From Dictyostelium discoideum (lineage: Eukaryota), in contig CM000150.2 in assembly GCA_000004695.1 (NCBI GenBank), positions 160,001 to 224,000 of the forward strand: a stretch of DNA of 64,000 nt, in the 5' to 3' direction. The notes beneath the pieces are model-generated. The model saw only the letters and a list, made by a program, of their open reading frames with translations, searched no databases and had not been told where the DNA came from. The position numbers and the translations under genes are program-made. This document shows, one piece after another, positions 1 to 9,547 of the stretch; positions within the stretch are counted from its first letter, which is position 1, and every line of letters begins with the position of its first letter.

Positions 1-1024
1 AGGTGTCGCACAAAGATGTTTAAATTACATTTTTGATAAATATAAAAATAAAATTGCAAATTTTTTAAATAATTTAAAAAATGCAAAAATAATAGATAAC
101 AAACCAAAACCTTCAATTTCACTATTTGCAAATAAAACAAGGAAAGGAAGAGAGAATAGATCAATATTATATTACCTTTTAATATCAATTAAAAATCAAA
201 TATCAAATGATGATTTTTTAATTATGGAACAATTAGTAACTATATGTTTTAAATTATATAGTGACTCTTTTGATGAAAATGATTTAAATTCACTTCAAGT
301 ATTAATTGAATCGTTTAATGCAAAAGTAAATTTAATTATTGAAACAGAAATAATGAATTTCCACTTGTTGTTACATTATCCAATTTATATAAAAAATTGG
401 GGTGCACCAAAATACACTTCAGCTGAAACTTTTGAAGCACAATTATCAAGAATTAAAAATTATTTAAAAAATAATACAAATAATAGGGATGAACAATATG
501 AAAGGGTTACCAAATTAAACATGGTGAAATTTTTTAATTCAGTAGATAAATTAAAAAGTATTGAACCTGAAAGTACAGCATTAATTATTGGTAACAAAAT
601 AAAAAATCCAGATAATTTAGATAACATAAAAATTAAATTAGATTCATTATTTCAAAATTATAAAAATATAACTTTTCACTCATCAATTAAAAATAATAAA
701 GAAATATACAATGTTGGTGATGCAGTTGAAGTTGCATCAGATAATGAACTTTCAGGTAGATGGTCAGGTATTATCAATTCAATATCAATGATTGAAATGG
801 ATGATAACATAATAAAACATGCAATATTATTAAATTATTTTGACAAATATGTTGGTGACCAATTTAATAAATACCATTTTCTTTCAAATGAATTAAATTA
901 TATTACATATGATAATATTCTAAATAATGTTATACCAATTCAAATTGATGATACCAATTACCTTATTATTTACAAGTGCCACGATAAATTCTCGGCTTCA
1001 AAAAATAAAAAATCAAAAAATTAA
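1..1024 (+). CDS. C-terminal part of a Tnp2/EnSpm-family transposase-like protein (DUF4218-like motif). The reading frame is open from base 2, so the N-terminus lies upstream of the window.
   Basis: ORF 224..1024 continues in frame back to position 2 with no stop. The segment NFHLLLHYPIYIKNWGAPKYTSAETFEAQLSRIKNYLKN fits the DUF4218 signature of CACTA/Tnp2 transposases (H-L-x2-H-L ... G-P ... W-M-Y-x-F-E-R ... L-K-x4-N). It is adjacent to CACTA-like subterminal repeats. Confidence 0.45.
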   Translation, partial: GVAQRCLNYIFDKYKNKIANFLNNLKNAKIIDNKPKPSISLFANKTRKGRENRSILYYLLISIKNQISNDDFLIMEQLVTICFKLYSDSFDENDLNSLQVLIESFNAKVNLIIETEIMNFHLLLHYPIYIKNWGAPKYTSAETFEAQLSRIKNYLKNNTNNRDEQYERVTKLNMVKFFNSVDKLKSIEPESTALIIGNKIKNPDNLDNIKIKLDSLFQNYKNITFHSSIKNNKEIYNVGDAVEVASDNELSGRWSGIINSISMIEMDDNIIKHAILLNYFDKYVGDQFNKYHFLSNELNYITYDNILNNVIPIQIDDTNYLIIYKCHDKFSASKNKKSKN

Positions 1025-1142
1025 AAACTTTTTTACATAATTTTTACATTGTTATGTAAATAATGATTTTTTTTTTTTAATTTTTTTTCATTTTCGGGCA
1101 GACTGAAAAAGCGAAAATGATTTCAATACATATTTTTTTAAA

Positions 1143-1481
1143 ATGAATTCATCTGCAAATTTTATAGCACCAAATGGTAATGTACCTGATTTTAATCAAT
1201 CACCAATCCAAAGAAGAACAAACAATAATATTTCTATCGGAGATGAATCATTTAATAATTTGTCAATAGGTAATGTATTAGGAAATGCAAATGTTCCAAA
1301 CCCAATGGAAAACCAGAGAATAATAATTAGAAGAGTTCCAAGGCCAACTGTTCCACCAATCCAAGAAACAGTGCAAATAGCCACAAACCCACGTGTAACA
1401 TACATATTGGAATACGAAAGTCTTCAGAAAGTTTGTCAAAGTAAATAATATTCAGATGGCGATGTATGTTACCAGATTAAT

Positions 1482-1516
<35 letters not shown>

Positions 1517-1797
1517 AAATAATTTATATAAATAGGTTTCAAATTTCTTTATTACTGGAATAATTAAACAAGCTGGTGGTAGTAACGAAGATTGTACCAG
1601 TCAAAATATTTTTGCAAGGTTAACGAAATGGGTAAGTAATAAGGAAAGTAACACAAGAACAAAAGTAGCTGACAGTTTAGCCATTTATTCAAAAGGTGAA
1701 AAAAACCACAATCTTAAAGTTTATATTTCCGATAGCCAAGTATTTTTTGGTAATGAAATTGTGTGTATAAATTAATATAATCAAAATTTACAAAATA

Positions 1798-1836
<39 letters not shown>

Positions 1837-2112
1837 GAAATATAGTTTTCCCCTGCTTTACTTTCTCTTTTTCTCAGCCACATTAATTATGAAAATTATC
1901 AAAATGATATTTTCATAAAAGAGTTTGTTGACTCTTGTAAAACAGGTGAAGAGAAACACTGGTACCCAGATTCAGTTCCTTTAATAAAGAGATTAATTTC
2001 AATATTAAATGATTTTAGTAGTAAATTTGACTCTAAGGCTAAAATGAGAAAAGATGCACAAGAAGCTTTTCAATTTCCTCATTCTGCACTTTACTTAAAT
2101 TCTTCCCAATAA
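1143..2112 (+). CDS. 3-exon gene (exons about 1143-1440, 1573-1760, 1846-2112) encoding a roughly 250 aa hypothetical protein. It may be an accessory gene of the CACTA-like element.
   Basis: Donor GTAAAT at 1441 in phase 1, acceptor AG at 1571-1572, donor GTGTGT at 1761, acceptor AG at 1844-1845, stop TAA at 2110-2112. The introns are very AT-rich. An inverted partial copy lies at 31797-32761. Confidence 0.45.
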
Positions 2113-2234
2113 AAGTTTTAAATTAATTTTTAAAATTTAAAAATAAATTTTATTATTAAAAAATAATATATCTGTGTATTTTATTGTTCACATAAAATTT
2201 TATTTCATACTATAGTTTTAAAATAATTTTTAAA

Positions 2235-2507
2235 TTTTTTTTATTTATTTTTGTAGCATTATAAATAAGGTGCTTTTAAATGTAATTATTAATAAACTTT
2301 AAAATTCAATTTTTAAGGAGCTTTAAAATGTAATTATTAATATAATTTTTAATCATATTTTTAAGTAATTTTAAAGAGCATTATAAAGTTAATTTTAAAG
2401 GGCATTTTAAAGGTAATTTTAAAGGTAATTTTAAAGGTCATTTTAAAGGTAATTTTCAAGGTCATTTTAAAGTTAATTTTAAAGGTAAGTTTAAAGGTGA
2501 TTTTAAA
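2235..2507. repeat. Subterminal repeat region of the CACTA-like DNA transposon (units of ggt[ag]atttt[ac]aagg). It was split by the Skipper array and continues at 31518.
   Basis: Tandem/inverted 13-14 bp units identical to those inside the MITE copies at 19575-20290. The sequence at 31518-31680 continues the same repeat phase and ends in the terminus ...CATCGCTGTG. Confidence 0.5.
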
Positions 2508-2897
2508 TGTAAAAGTCACTCACACTAATCTTCAATCCATTGTCACATTTGTTCAATCTTAAATCAAACAGTCCAATCTTTAAAGTAATGTATTTTAATA
2601 TGAAGGATAGAAAGAGTGAAAGACTAATATCATAAAAGTAAACATACATAAAAGAGATAATTAAAAGTAAGGGCGTTATGAAACTAAACCGAAAATCAGA
2701 ATTTTTATTATTTTTTTTAAATTTTAATTTAATTTAATTTTTTTTAATTTAATTTTTTATTTTTTTGACTGAAAAAATAAAAAATTAAAAAATAAAAATA
2801 AAAATTAAATGAAATATTTTTACATGGAGATGCGCGAATTTGTTACGTTGTTGAGCTCATACTAACTTTAAATTAATTTAGTTTTGAGTCTCTAACA
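2508..2897 (-). repeat. Skipper 3' LTR of copy 1 (390 bp).
   Basis: Read on the minus strand it runs TGTTAGAGAC ... TTTTACA, identical to 9115-9504. The polypurine tract AAAGAAGGAAGGGGAAGG lies immediately upstream (plus-strand 2898-2915). A TTAAA flank sits at 2503-2507. Confidence 0.8.
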
Positions 2898-2940
2898 CCT
2901 TCCCCTTCCTTCTTTAGGCTAGCTATGGCTCAGAGGTGGA

Positions 2941-5900
2941 CTATAAACTCTTGGGTGTAACTTTTCTTCCTGATCTAGTTGTTTTAATTTGTAAACTAAG
3001 ATCAAGTTCATCATCCTCACTTGAAGTATTTTGATTTCTTGATTTTCTTTTCTTTGATTGGTTTCTTTGATTTGAGATGGAGTTTTGTTGTCTTGGAGTA
3101 ATTGGTTGCAATGTTTGAGAACTTTGAACTTCTTGGGAGAGTGGAGGTGACACAATTGGCTCAACGGCTTCTGTAGTTACATTCTCTCTTTCTCTTCTTG
3201 AGTTCAATTGTTTCTTCTGCACGTTATTCCAATACTCTCTGACTAACTCTTCACAGTCTGTATCGACTTCTTTGATCCATTCAGGTTCTGGGTAACCTTT
3301 GAACTTCACTAGGTACATCTTTTTGACTTTATCGTGATTGAGAATACTTTCAACTTCGTAACTTGCTTCGTCCATCTCCTCAGGTTCGGGCATCGATATC
3401 TCTTCTCTTAACCACTCACTGTCCTCGTATAGTTTTACGATTTGATCCTTGTTGAACACATTGTGTTTCTTTGGATAACCTACTAAATCGAGTGTTACAT
3501 TATTACCATGAACGGCAGTGATTATGAATGGTCCACAATTCTTGGATTCAAGTTTGTGAGAGATTAGATCTTTTGAAAGATTAGTTTGGAAGAATTTTCT
3601 TTTAACCATCACCTTTTCTCCGACTACGAAGATAACATCACCACGACCTCGGTTGTAATACTTTTGAGCATTGATTTGAGCATCTAGTATATTATCACGG
3701 ACAATCTTTTTGATGTTGCTCATTGGTATACGAGTCTTTGTTAATGAATTGAAATGATTAACGGGAGTTGGTGGATTGAATCCATATACGATTTGGAATG
3801 GTGACATCTTTGTAGACTTGCTCATTGATGAGTTCATTGCAAATTCAATAAGTGGAATGATATCTGACCAATTCTCCCCATACTCTGTTGAGGCTTTAGT
3901 TAATATTCTAATAATTTCTCTATTCATTCTTTCAGTTTGACCATCAGCTTGTGCTCTGTGTGCCACAGTCATCTTGAGTTTAGAATCCATCGTCTTTGCC
4001 CATCTCTCCCATATTTCTGAAAGGAATCTTGGATCTCTATCGGAGACGATTGTTCTTGGATAACCATGGAGTCTGAACACATGATTCAACAATAATTGAG
4101 CAGTATGTTGGGCATCTATTGTCTTATGACATGGAACTATATGAACCATTTTAGATAATCTACAAACAATGACACAAACTTGATCGACTTCAACTGTAAA
4201 TCCGTTTATTGCATACATTGTTTTTGGTAGCGATAAGAAATCGATTGATATATCTCTCCAAACTTCAAAGGGAATTTCTAAACTTTGGAGTATACCATTA
4301 TCTTTACGGTTAATGTTCAATTGACATGTTGCACAAGACTTTATGTACCTCTTGATAATAGAAAACATTTCTTTGAAATAGTAATCTTGTCTTATATTAT
4401 TGTATGTGATATCTAAAGCGTGATGACCACTATATTTGGTATCGTGATATTCTCTAATGACGGTATGAATAGTTTCTTTATCTATGATGATTAATTTCTT
4501 GAACCCATCTTCACTAAGGTAACAGATATCATTAATTTCTTCAATGCATAAATTTGGATTCTTTTTCATCTCTAATAGCCATTGAGAATTGATTTGTTCT
4601 TCCTTAATTTTATTTAAAAACGATTCATCCCATTGGAAATTATCATATTTACGAGATAAGAAATCAGCTATACCATTCTTTTTACCACTTATATGTCTTA
4701 ATTCATAATCAAATTCTTTAATATATTTCATATAATTATCTTGTCTCTTTGTGAACGGTTTATCGTTTGACTTATTGATAATATATGTAAGATTTTGGTG
4801 ATCAGTGTAGATTGAAACCTTTTTACCAATTAATAAATGTTGAAACTTCTTTAGAGAATCAATGATTGAAAGGAACTCTCTATCACCTATGCTGTACCTC
4901 TTTTGAGTATCAGTAAGTTTTCTACTATGAAACCAAATGACTTTGAATTTATTACCTTGAATTTGATATAATACACCTGATAATGCTTTATCACTAACAT
5001 CACAATACAAGTGAAAACTACCATTGTTTAGATTATTATTATCTGAATGGATTGGCATGTCTGTTGATGCTTTAACCTTTTCGATATCTATTGGTATGGA
5101 GTTATCTTGTTCAATTGGAATAGCGACAATATTTTCACCTTCAAACTCTTTCTTTAGATTATTGAATTCTTTGAGTGATTCATCAGAAAGTGTTTTCTTG
5201 TTTTTTCCTTTTGATTCTTTGGAAAGGTGATAGGTTTTTTCAGCGTAATTTTCAATGTGTCTCCTGAAGAATCCAAAAAGACCTAATGCAGCTTCAGCTT
5301 CTTTGGCGTTTCTTGGTTCAGGTAACTCAGAGATAGCTCTAACCTTTGCAGCTCTTGGAGATATACCATCTTTATGAATGTGGAAACCAAGGAAATCTAC
5401 TTCAGTCTTTAACATTTCACTCTTTTCTCTTGAAATGAATAATAGGTACTTTCTACAATATAGAAGCATTCTAATGATTTCAATGAAATGTACCATGTAG
5501 TCGAGTTTTGAATGAACCAAAAGATCATCAAAGTATTGTAATAAACTTTTGATTTTTCCAAATATTTCGACCATCAATCTGGCGAATGTGGATGGAGAGT
5601 TGACTAAACCTTGTGGCATTCTAGTATATTCAAATTTACCAATATGTGTAATGAAAGCGGTGTACTTTGCGTGTTCTGGATTAATTAACACTTGGAAATA
5701 ACCCATAATCATGTCAAACTTTGAGAAAAGCTTTGAATCTTTACATTGATTTAAAAGACTATCAACCGGAGTGAATGGATGATCGTCTCTAACAGTGACT
5801 TTATTTAGTTGACGATAGTCGTGGACTACACGCCATGAATCTCTCTTCTTTAATAACATGATTGGAGATGAGTAATTTGATTCTGATCTTTTGATAATAC

Positions 5901-7221
5901 CTAAATCTATAAATTTGAGAACCATTTCTTCGACATGTCTCTTATGATCATCTGTTGAATAATAGATTTGTTTCTTTGTTGGTTCAACATCTTGATCTTT
6001 CTTTAATATGATATTATGTATGATATTACCTCTTCTGGAATTGTTAATCTGATCTGGAATATCAGGAAGTTTATCTACTATAACATCTTCGAATGAATCA
6101 TTAATGAAATCACGTACTGCTTGTATCTCTTCTTCTTCTGGATTAGTTTTAACCAGTATATCACAAAGTTGTGATGGGATGCTTTCAACAAACTTTGTAA
6201 CTTGTTCTTTGATATCTTCATCATCATCTAGTAGATTATGTGACTGTGACTGATTATCATTGGATACGGTAACATGTTTTCTTGGAGCTTTTACATTACA
6301 ATGTAATTGATTCGACTGTTGATAATTAATTTTGTATGTACTGTTATTCAACTTGATTATTTTATCTTTTTGGTTAATGATAGAGTCCTTAAGGATATCA
6401 TTACCGAAAAGTACATCAATGATATCCAATTCTATAATAAAGAAGTTATGAATTTCATTGTTAACTTGTATATTGATTTGTTCAACAAACTCTTCTTTGA
6501 CGTCTAGTAGCGGGAAGTTAATCTTGGCTTTCGTTTTGTGAACGTGGTTCTTCATATCTTTTGAAATCAACCTCTTATTGATTAAACTAACATTACTTCC
6601 AGTATCGAGAATTAATTTGAATTGTTTTTCTTTGGAATGAGAGTTAATTATAATCTTGGGTTTATCCATGTTTTCTCTGTTTGGAACGATTAAACATTTT
6701 AGAGTCGGAATGAGAGCAGTATCACTTGTACCAGTACTATGTAATAATGAGATGATTGGTTTGTTTGTTTCTTTATCGAATTTAATTGTGTAAAGCAATT
6801 CATCTTCTTCATCATTAATTAATTCTTTACTAGAATTTAATATCTTTGGACGATTGAATATGTTAACAGTATAGTTTTTATCTTGAACATTTGTTAACTC
6901 TGTTGGAGTATTAAATTCAATCTTCTGTGGTTTATACTTCATCTCTGATTCAACAGCTTTTGGAATTGGAACGGTTGTATCAGGAACTAGTTTTATACCA
7001 TATGAGTCTTTGACGTATTCTTTAAGTTTGTTGATGTTTTTATGAACATCATGTTGCTGGCTTTGTTGATGTAACTGTTTAACAATGTTTTGATTATAAA
7101 AAGAGTTAAGAGTATAAAGTGAATCTTTGTTCACTGGGTAATCATTATCCTCAAGGTGATGATATTGTGAAATTTTATAATTTTTATTTAAAATCTTTGA
7201 CTTGGACTCATCACCTTCATC
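2941..7221 (-). CDS. pol: Skipper pol polyprotein (protease DTG, RT YFDD, RNase H, integrase HHCC/DDE, C-terminal chromodomain), expressed by readthrough of the in-frame TGA at 7222-7224.
   Basis: 1397 aa ORF with motifs LILDTGSNVSLI, YFDDLLV, TDHQNL, HHALDITYNN...CATCQ, and the chromodomain YEVESILNHDKVKKMYLVKFKGYPEPEWIKE. It is in the same frame as gag (7134 and 8388 are both 0 mod 3), separated from it by a single TGA. Confidence 0.85.
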   Translation of the reverse strand, partial: DEGDESKSKILNKNYKISQYHHLEDNDYPVNKDSLYTLNSFYNQNIVKQLHQQSQQHDVHKNINKLKEYVKDSYGIKLVPDTTVPIPKAVESEMKYKPQKIEFNTPTELTNVQDKNYTVNIFNRPKILNSSKELINDEEDELLYTIKFDKETNKPIISLLHSTGTSDTALIPTLKCLIVPNRENMDKPKIIINSHSKEKQFKLILDTGSNVSLINKRLISKDMKNHVHKTKAKINFPLLDVKEEFVEQINIQVNNEIHNFFIIELDIIDVLFGNDILKDSIINQKDKIIKLNNSTYKINYQQSNQLHCNVKAPRKHVTVSNDNQSQSHNLLDDDEDIKEQVTKFVESIPSQLCDILVKTNPEEEEIQAVRDFINDSFEDVIVDKLPDIPDQINNSRRGNIIHNIILKKDQDVEPTKKQIYYSTDDHKRHVEEMVLKFIDLGIIKRSESNYSSPIMLLKKRDSWRVVHDYRQLNKVTVRDDHPFTPVDSLLNQCKDSKLFSKFDMIMGYFQVLINPEHAKYTAFITHIGKFEYTRMPQGLVNSPSTFARLMVEIFGKIKSLLQYFDDLLVHSKLDYMVHFIEIIRMLLYCRKYLLFISREKSEMLKTEVDFLGFHIHKDGISPRAAKVRAISELPEPRNAKEAEAALGLFGFFRRHIENYAEKTYHLSKESKGKNKKTLSDESLKEFNNLKKEFEGENIVAIPIEQDNSIPIDIEKVKASTDMPIHSDNNNLNNGSFHLYCDVSDKALSGVLYQIQGNKFKVIWFHSRKLTDTQKRYSIGDREFLSIIDSLKKFQHLLIGKKVSIYTDHQNLTYIINKSNDKPFTKRQDNYMKYIKEFDYELRHISGKKNGIADFLSRKYDNFQWDESFLNKIKEEQINSQWLLEMKKNPNLCIEEINDICYLSEDGFKKLIIIDKETIHTVIREYHDTKYSGHHALDITYNNIRQDYYFKEMFSIIKRYIKSCATCQLNINRKDNGILQSLEIPFEVWRDISIDFLSLPKTMYAINGFTVEVDQVCVIVCRLSKMVHIVPCHKTIDAQHTAQLLLNHVFRLHGYPRTIVSDRDPRFLSEIWERWAKTMDSKLKMTVAHRAQADGQTERMNREIIRILTKASTEYGENWSDIIPLIEFAMNSSMSKSTKMSPFQIVYGFNPPTPVNHFNSLTKTRIPMSNIKKIVRDNILDAQINAQKYYNRGRGDVIFVVGEKVMVKRKFFQTNLSKDLISHKLESKNCGPFIITAVHGNNVTLDLVGYPKKHNVFNKDQIVKLYEDSEWLREEISMPEPEEMDEASYEVESILNHDKVKKMYLVKFKGYPEPEWIKEVDTDCEELVREYWNNVQKKQLNSRRERENVTTEAVEPIVSPPLSQEVQSSQTLQPITPRQQNSISNQRNQSKKRKSRNQNTSSEDDELDLSLQIKTTRSGRKVTPKSL

Positions 7222-7224
7222 GAG

Positions 7225-8388
7225 TCATTGTTGCTTTTTGGCTGATGGACCTGGATTGGCTTTGGCATCGACCGGATCAATTCTACATGTAGATGTGGAG
7301 TGATTTGATTTACCACAATTGAGACAGTAGCCTTTGTTTTGACGGTAAACGATGAAACTGCTTCTTATCTTTTTGAGGTCTACCTTAGAGTCTTTTCTTA
7401 TTTCGGGTAATATTGCAGCTCTAATCTTATCAGCTTGAGCATCAAAGGAATTCCTGTTATGAGAGTTATGATTTGGAGTAGCATGATTCTTTTTTAATAG
7501 AAACTTCTCATCAGTATTCGATGCAGAATCGGAAGGTCTTCTTCTCGAGAACTTATCAGCATTGTTAAGAACCAACTCGGTGATGGCTTCACGACACTCG
7601 GTGATATCGGTTTGAGTGTTGAGTTTGATTGCAACATCAGTTTGTAACCAGTCTGGTACGACCATCTTTAACAAAGCAAGGATATTATTATCTAAAATTG
7701 ATCTTAGATACTCTAATTGAACTTCAGCAGTACCATGGATGAGATACACCGGATTAATTACATTGTGGTAACTCATAATGGCTTCGATGTTTTTTATAAC
7801 ATCTTGGGCTGAGTAGCAGTTACGATGGTTAATAGCTTCGACTACTTTAGTGTTGGCAGCTTCGTAGTCAGTTTTGAATGGAACCAAAGTCTTGGATCTA
7901 AAGTTACGGTGGATTAGCTTCTTTAATGTTTCACCTTCAATTTTATCGTTGTTCTTAACTGATTCATTGTGGGTAGGTTGAAGCAATTGAAATAATTCAT
8001 TTGATGCAGCACCATTGTCCATAATGGTCTTCAAGGTTGGTTCAACACCATTCTGGGAGCAGTGGATGGTAAAGAGATTCATGAAGATGACAGCAGTGGC
8101 AGCATTTTTTAAAGCGTCAATGGTTTTAGCTTCAATCGAATTGGTCTTTGATTTCTTTGGCACTTTCTCTCTGACTTCGACGTCGGATACATCAGTGCTT
8201 TCAGTTGAATAAATTTCATCATCAACTTCAGTGGGACGAAGAGTCTTTTTTGATTTTACTTGAACAGTAATAGCATCATCGGAGGCAGTTGTCACTTCAG
8301 CGGCACGTTTGGCGGTGGAAGACACTTTGGCTTTACGGATGGCTTTCTTTGAATGAGTAGTAGTTGATGACATGACTTTCACCAACAA
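7225..8388 (-). CDS. gag: Skipper gag (CCHC zinc knuckle).
   Basis: 387 aa ORF ending in CLNCGKSNHSTSTC (C-x2-C-x4-H-x4-C). It is repeated at 29222-30385 and partially at 13832-14493. Confidence 0.8.
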   Translation of the reverse strand: MLVKVMSSTTTHSKKAIRKAKVSSTAKRAAEVTTASDDAITVQVKSKKTLRPTEVDDEIYSTESTDVSDVEVREKVPKKSKTNSIEAKTIDALKNAATAVIFMNLFTIHCSQNGVEPTLKTIMDNGAASNELFQLLQPTHNESVKNNDKIEGETLKKLIHRNFRSKTLVPFKTDYEAANTKVVEAINHRNCYSAQDVIKNIEAIMSYHNVINPVYLIHGTAEVQLEYLRSILDNNILALLKMVVPDWLQTDVAIKLNTQTDITECREAITELVLNNADKFSRRRPSDSASNTDEKFLLKKNHATPNHNSHNRNSFDAQADKIRAAILPEIRKDSKVDLKKIRSSFIVYRQNKGYCLNCGKSNHSTSTCRIDPVDAKANPGPSAKKQQ

Positions 8389-9114
8389 TTATATATAAAA
8401 TTTATTAAATATAATTTAATTTTATAATTTAATTTTTTTATTTAATTTACATAATTTAATTATATAATTTAATTTAATTTATTTAATTTAATTTAATTTA
8501 ATTTTTAATTAAATAATTAAATATAAGTATTAATATATGTTAACTGTTATTCCACTAATATATTTTTATTGTGGTGTCTTTATATTATTTAATTGATAAT
8601 AAATATTATCTTAAATTATTTTAATTATAACAATGCATCAATATAACTGTTATTCCACTAATAATTTATATTGTGGTGTCTTTATTTAACTGTTATTCCA
8701 CTAATAATTTATATTGTGGTGTCTTTATTTAACTGTTATTCCACTAATAATTTATATTGTGGTGTCTTTGTTTAACTGTTATTCCACTAATAATTTATAT
8801 TGTGGTGTCTTTGTATTTGAGCATTATTATTAAATTAATTGATACAATCTTGTTTTATATTACTTTATAAAAGATGCATGTTTACAATGTGAGTAGGAAG
8901 TGTCGTTGTACCGCCTAAGCAGTACAGCGTTAATCTTGCAAACAGAAGGGCCATTGTAATGCATTTTTATTTTGTTTTAAATACTACTGTTATTCCTCTA
9001 ATCTGAAGAGTCGACTTCTTCATCATGAGGTGTCATTGTATACGAAATATAAGGATTGTATCTAATTATTTGTTTTAATGTATTTGTTTTATGTTAAAAT
9101 TAGAAAAAAAAAAG
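8389..9114 (-). repeat. Skipper 5' leader, including a 43-bp tandem repeat array (about 8640-8815, 4-5 units of aactgttattccactaataatttatattgtggtgtctttattt).
   Basis: Direct tandem units are seen in the sequence. The homologous leader in copy 3 (30645-30895) carries about 6 units. Confidence 0.7.
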
Positions 9115-9504
9115 TGTAAAAGTCACTCACACTAATCTTCAATCCATTGTCACATTTGTTCAATCTTTTATCAAACAGTCCAATCTTTAAAGTAATGTTT
9201 TTTAATATGAAGGATAGAAAGAGTGAAAGACTAATATCATAAAAGTAAACATACATAAAAGAGATAATTAAAAGTAAGGGCGTTATTCCAACTAAACCGA
9301 AAAATCAGAATTTTTATTATTTTTTTAAATTTTAATTTAATTTAATTTTTTTTAATTTAATTTTTTATTTTTTGACTGAAAAAATAAAAAATTAAAAAAT
9401 AAAAATAAAAATTAAATGAAATATTTTTACATGGAGATGCGCGAATTTGTTACGTTGTTGAGCTCATACTAACTTTAAATTAATTTAGTTTTGAGTCTCT
9501 AACA
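9115..9504 (-). repeat. Skipper LTR shared between copy 2 (as its 3' LTR) and copy 1 (as its 5' LTR).
   Basis: Identical to 2508-2897. A PPT at 9505-9522 is followed by the pol stop of copy 2. Confidence 0.8.
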
Positions 9505-9547
9505 CCTTCCCCTTCCTTCTTTAGGCTAGCTATGGCTCAGAGGTGGA

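Larger units (their letters stand above)
2508..9504 (-). mobile_element. Skipper LTR retrotransposon (Ty3/gypsy chromovirus), copy 1, complete: LTR, leader, gag, TGA, pol, PPT, LTR. The 5' LTR is shared with copy 2.
   Basis: Two 390-bp LTRs (TG...CA), a PPT, gag with CCHC, and pol with PR-RT-RH-IN-chromo. The layout matches the described Dictyostelium Skipper element. Confidence 0.8.

Noticed and set aside
2919-3164. ORF 2919..3164(-), and its twin at 9526..9771.
   Set aside because: It overlaps the end of pol and the PPT in another frame, and is a by-product of the pol sequence.
5024-6507. Short plus-strand ORFs (5024..5230, 6307..6507, and their twins in the other Skipper copies).
   Set aside because: They are antisense to the Skipper pol coding sequence and are repeated only because pol is repeated. 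There is no independent signal.
8640-8815. The 43-bp tandem array as a CRISPR-like repeat.
   Set aside because: This is a eukaryotic genome. The units are directly adjacent with no unique spacers, and the array sits inside a retrotransposon leader.
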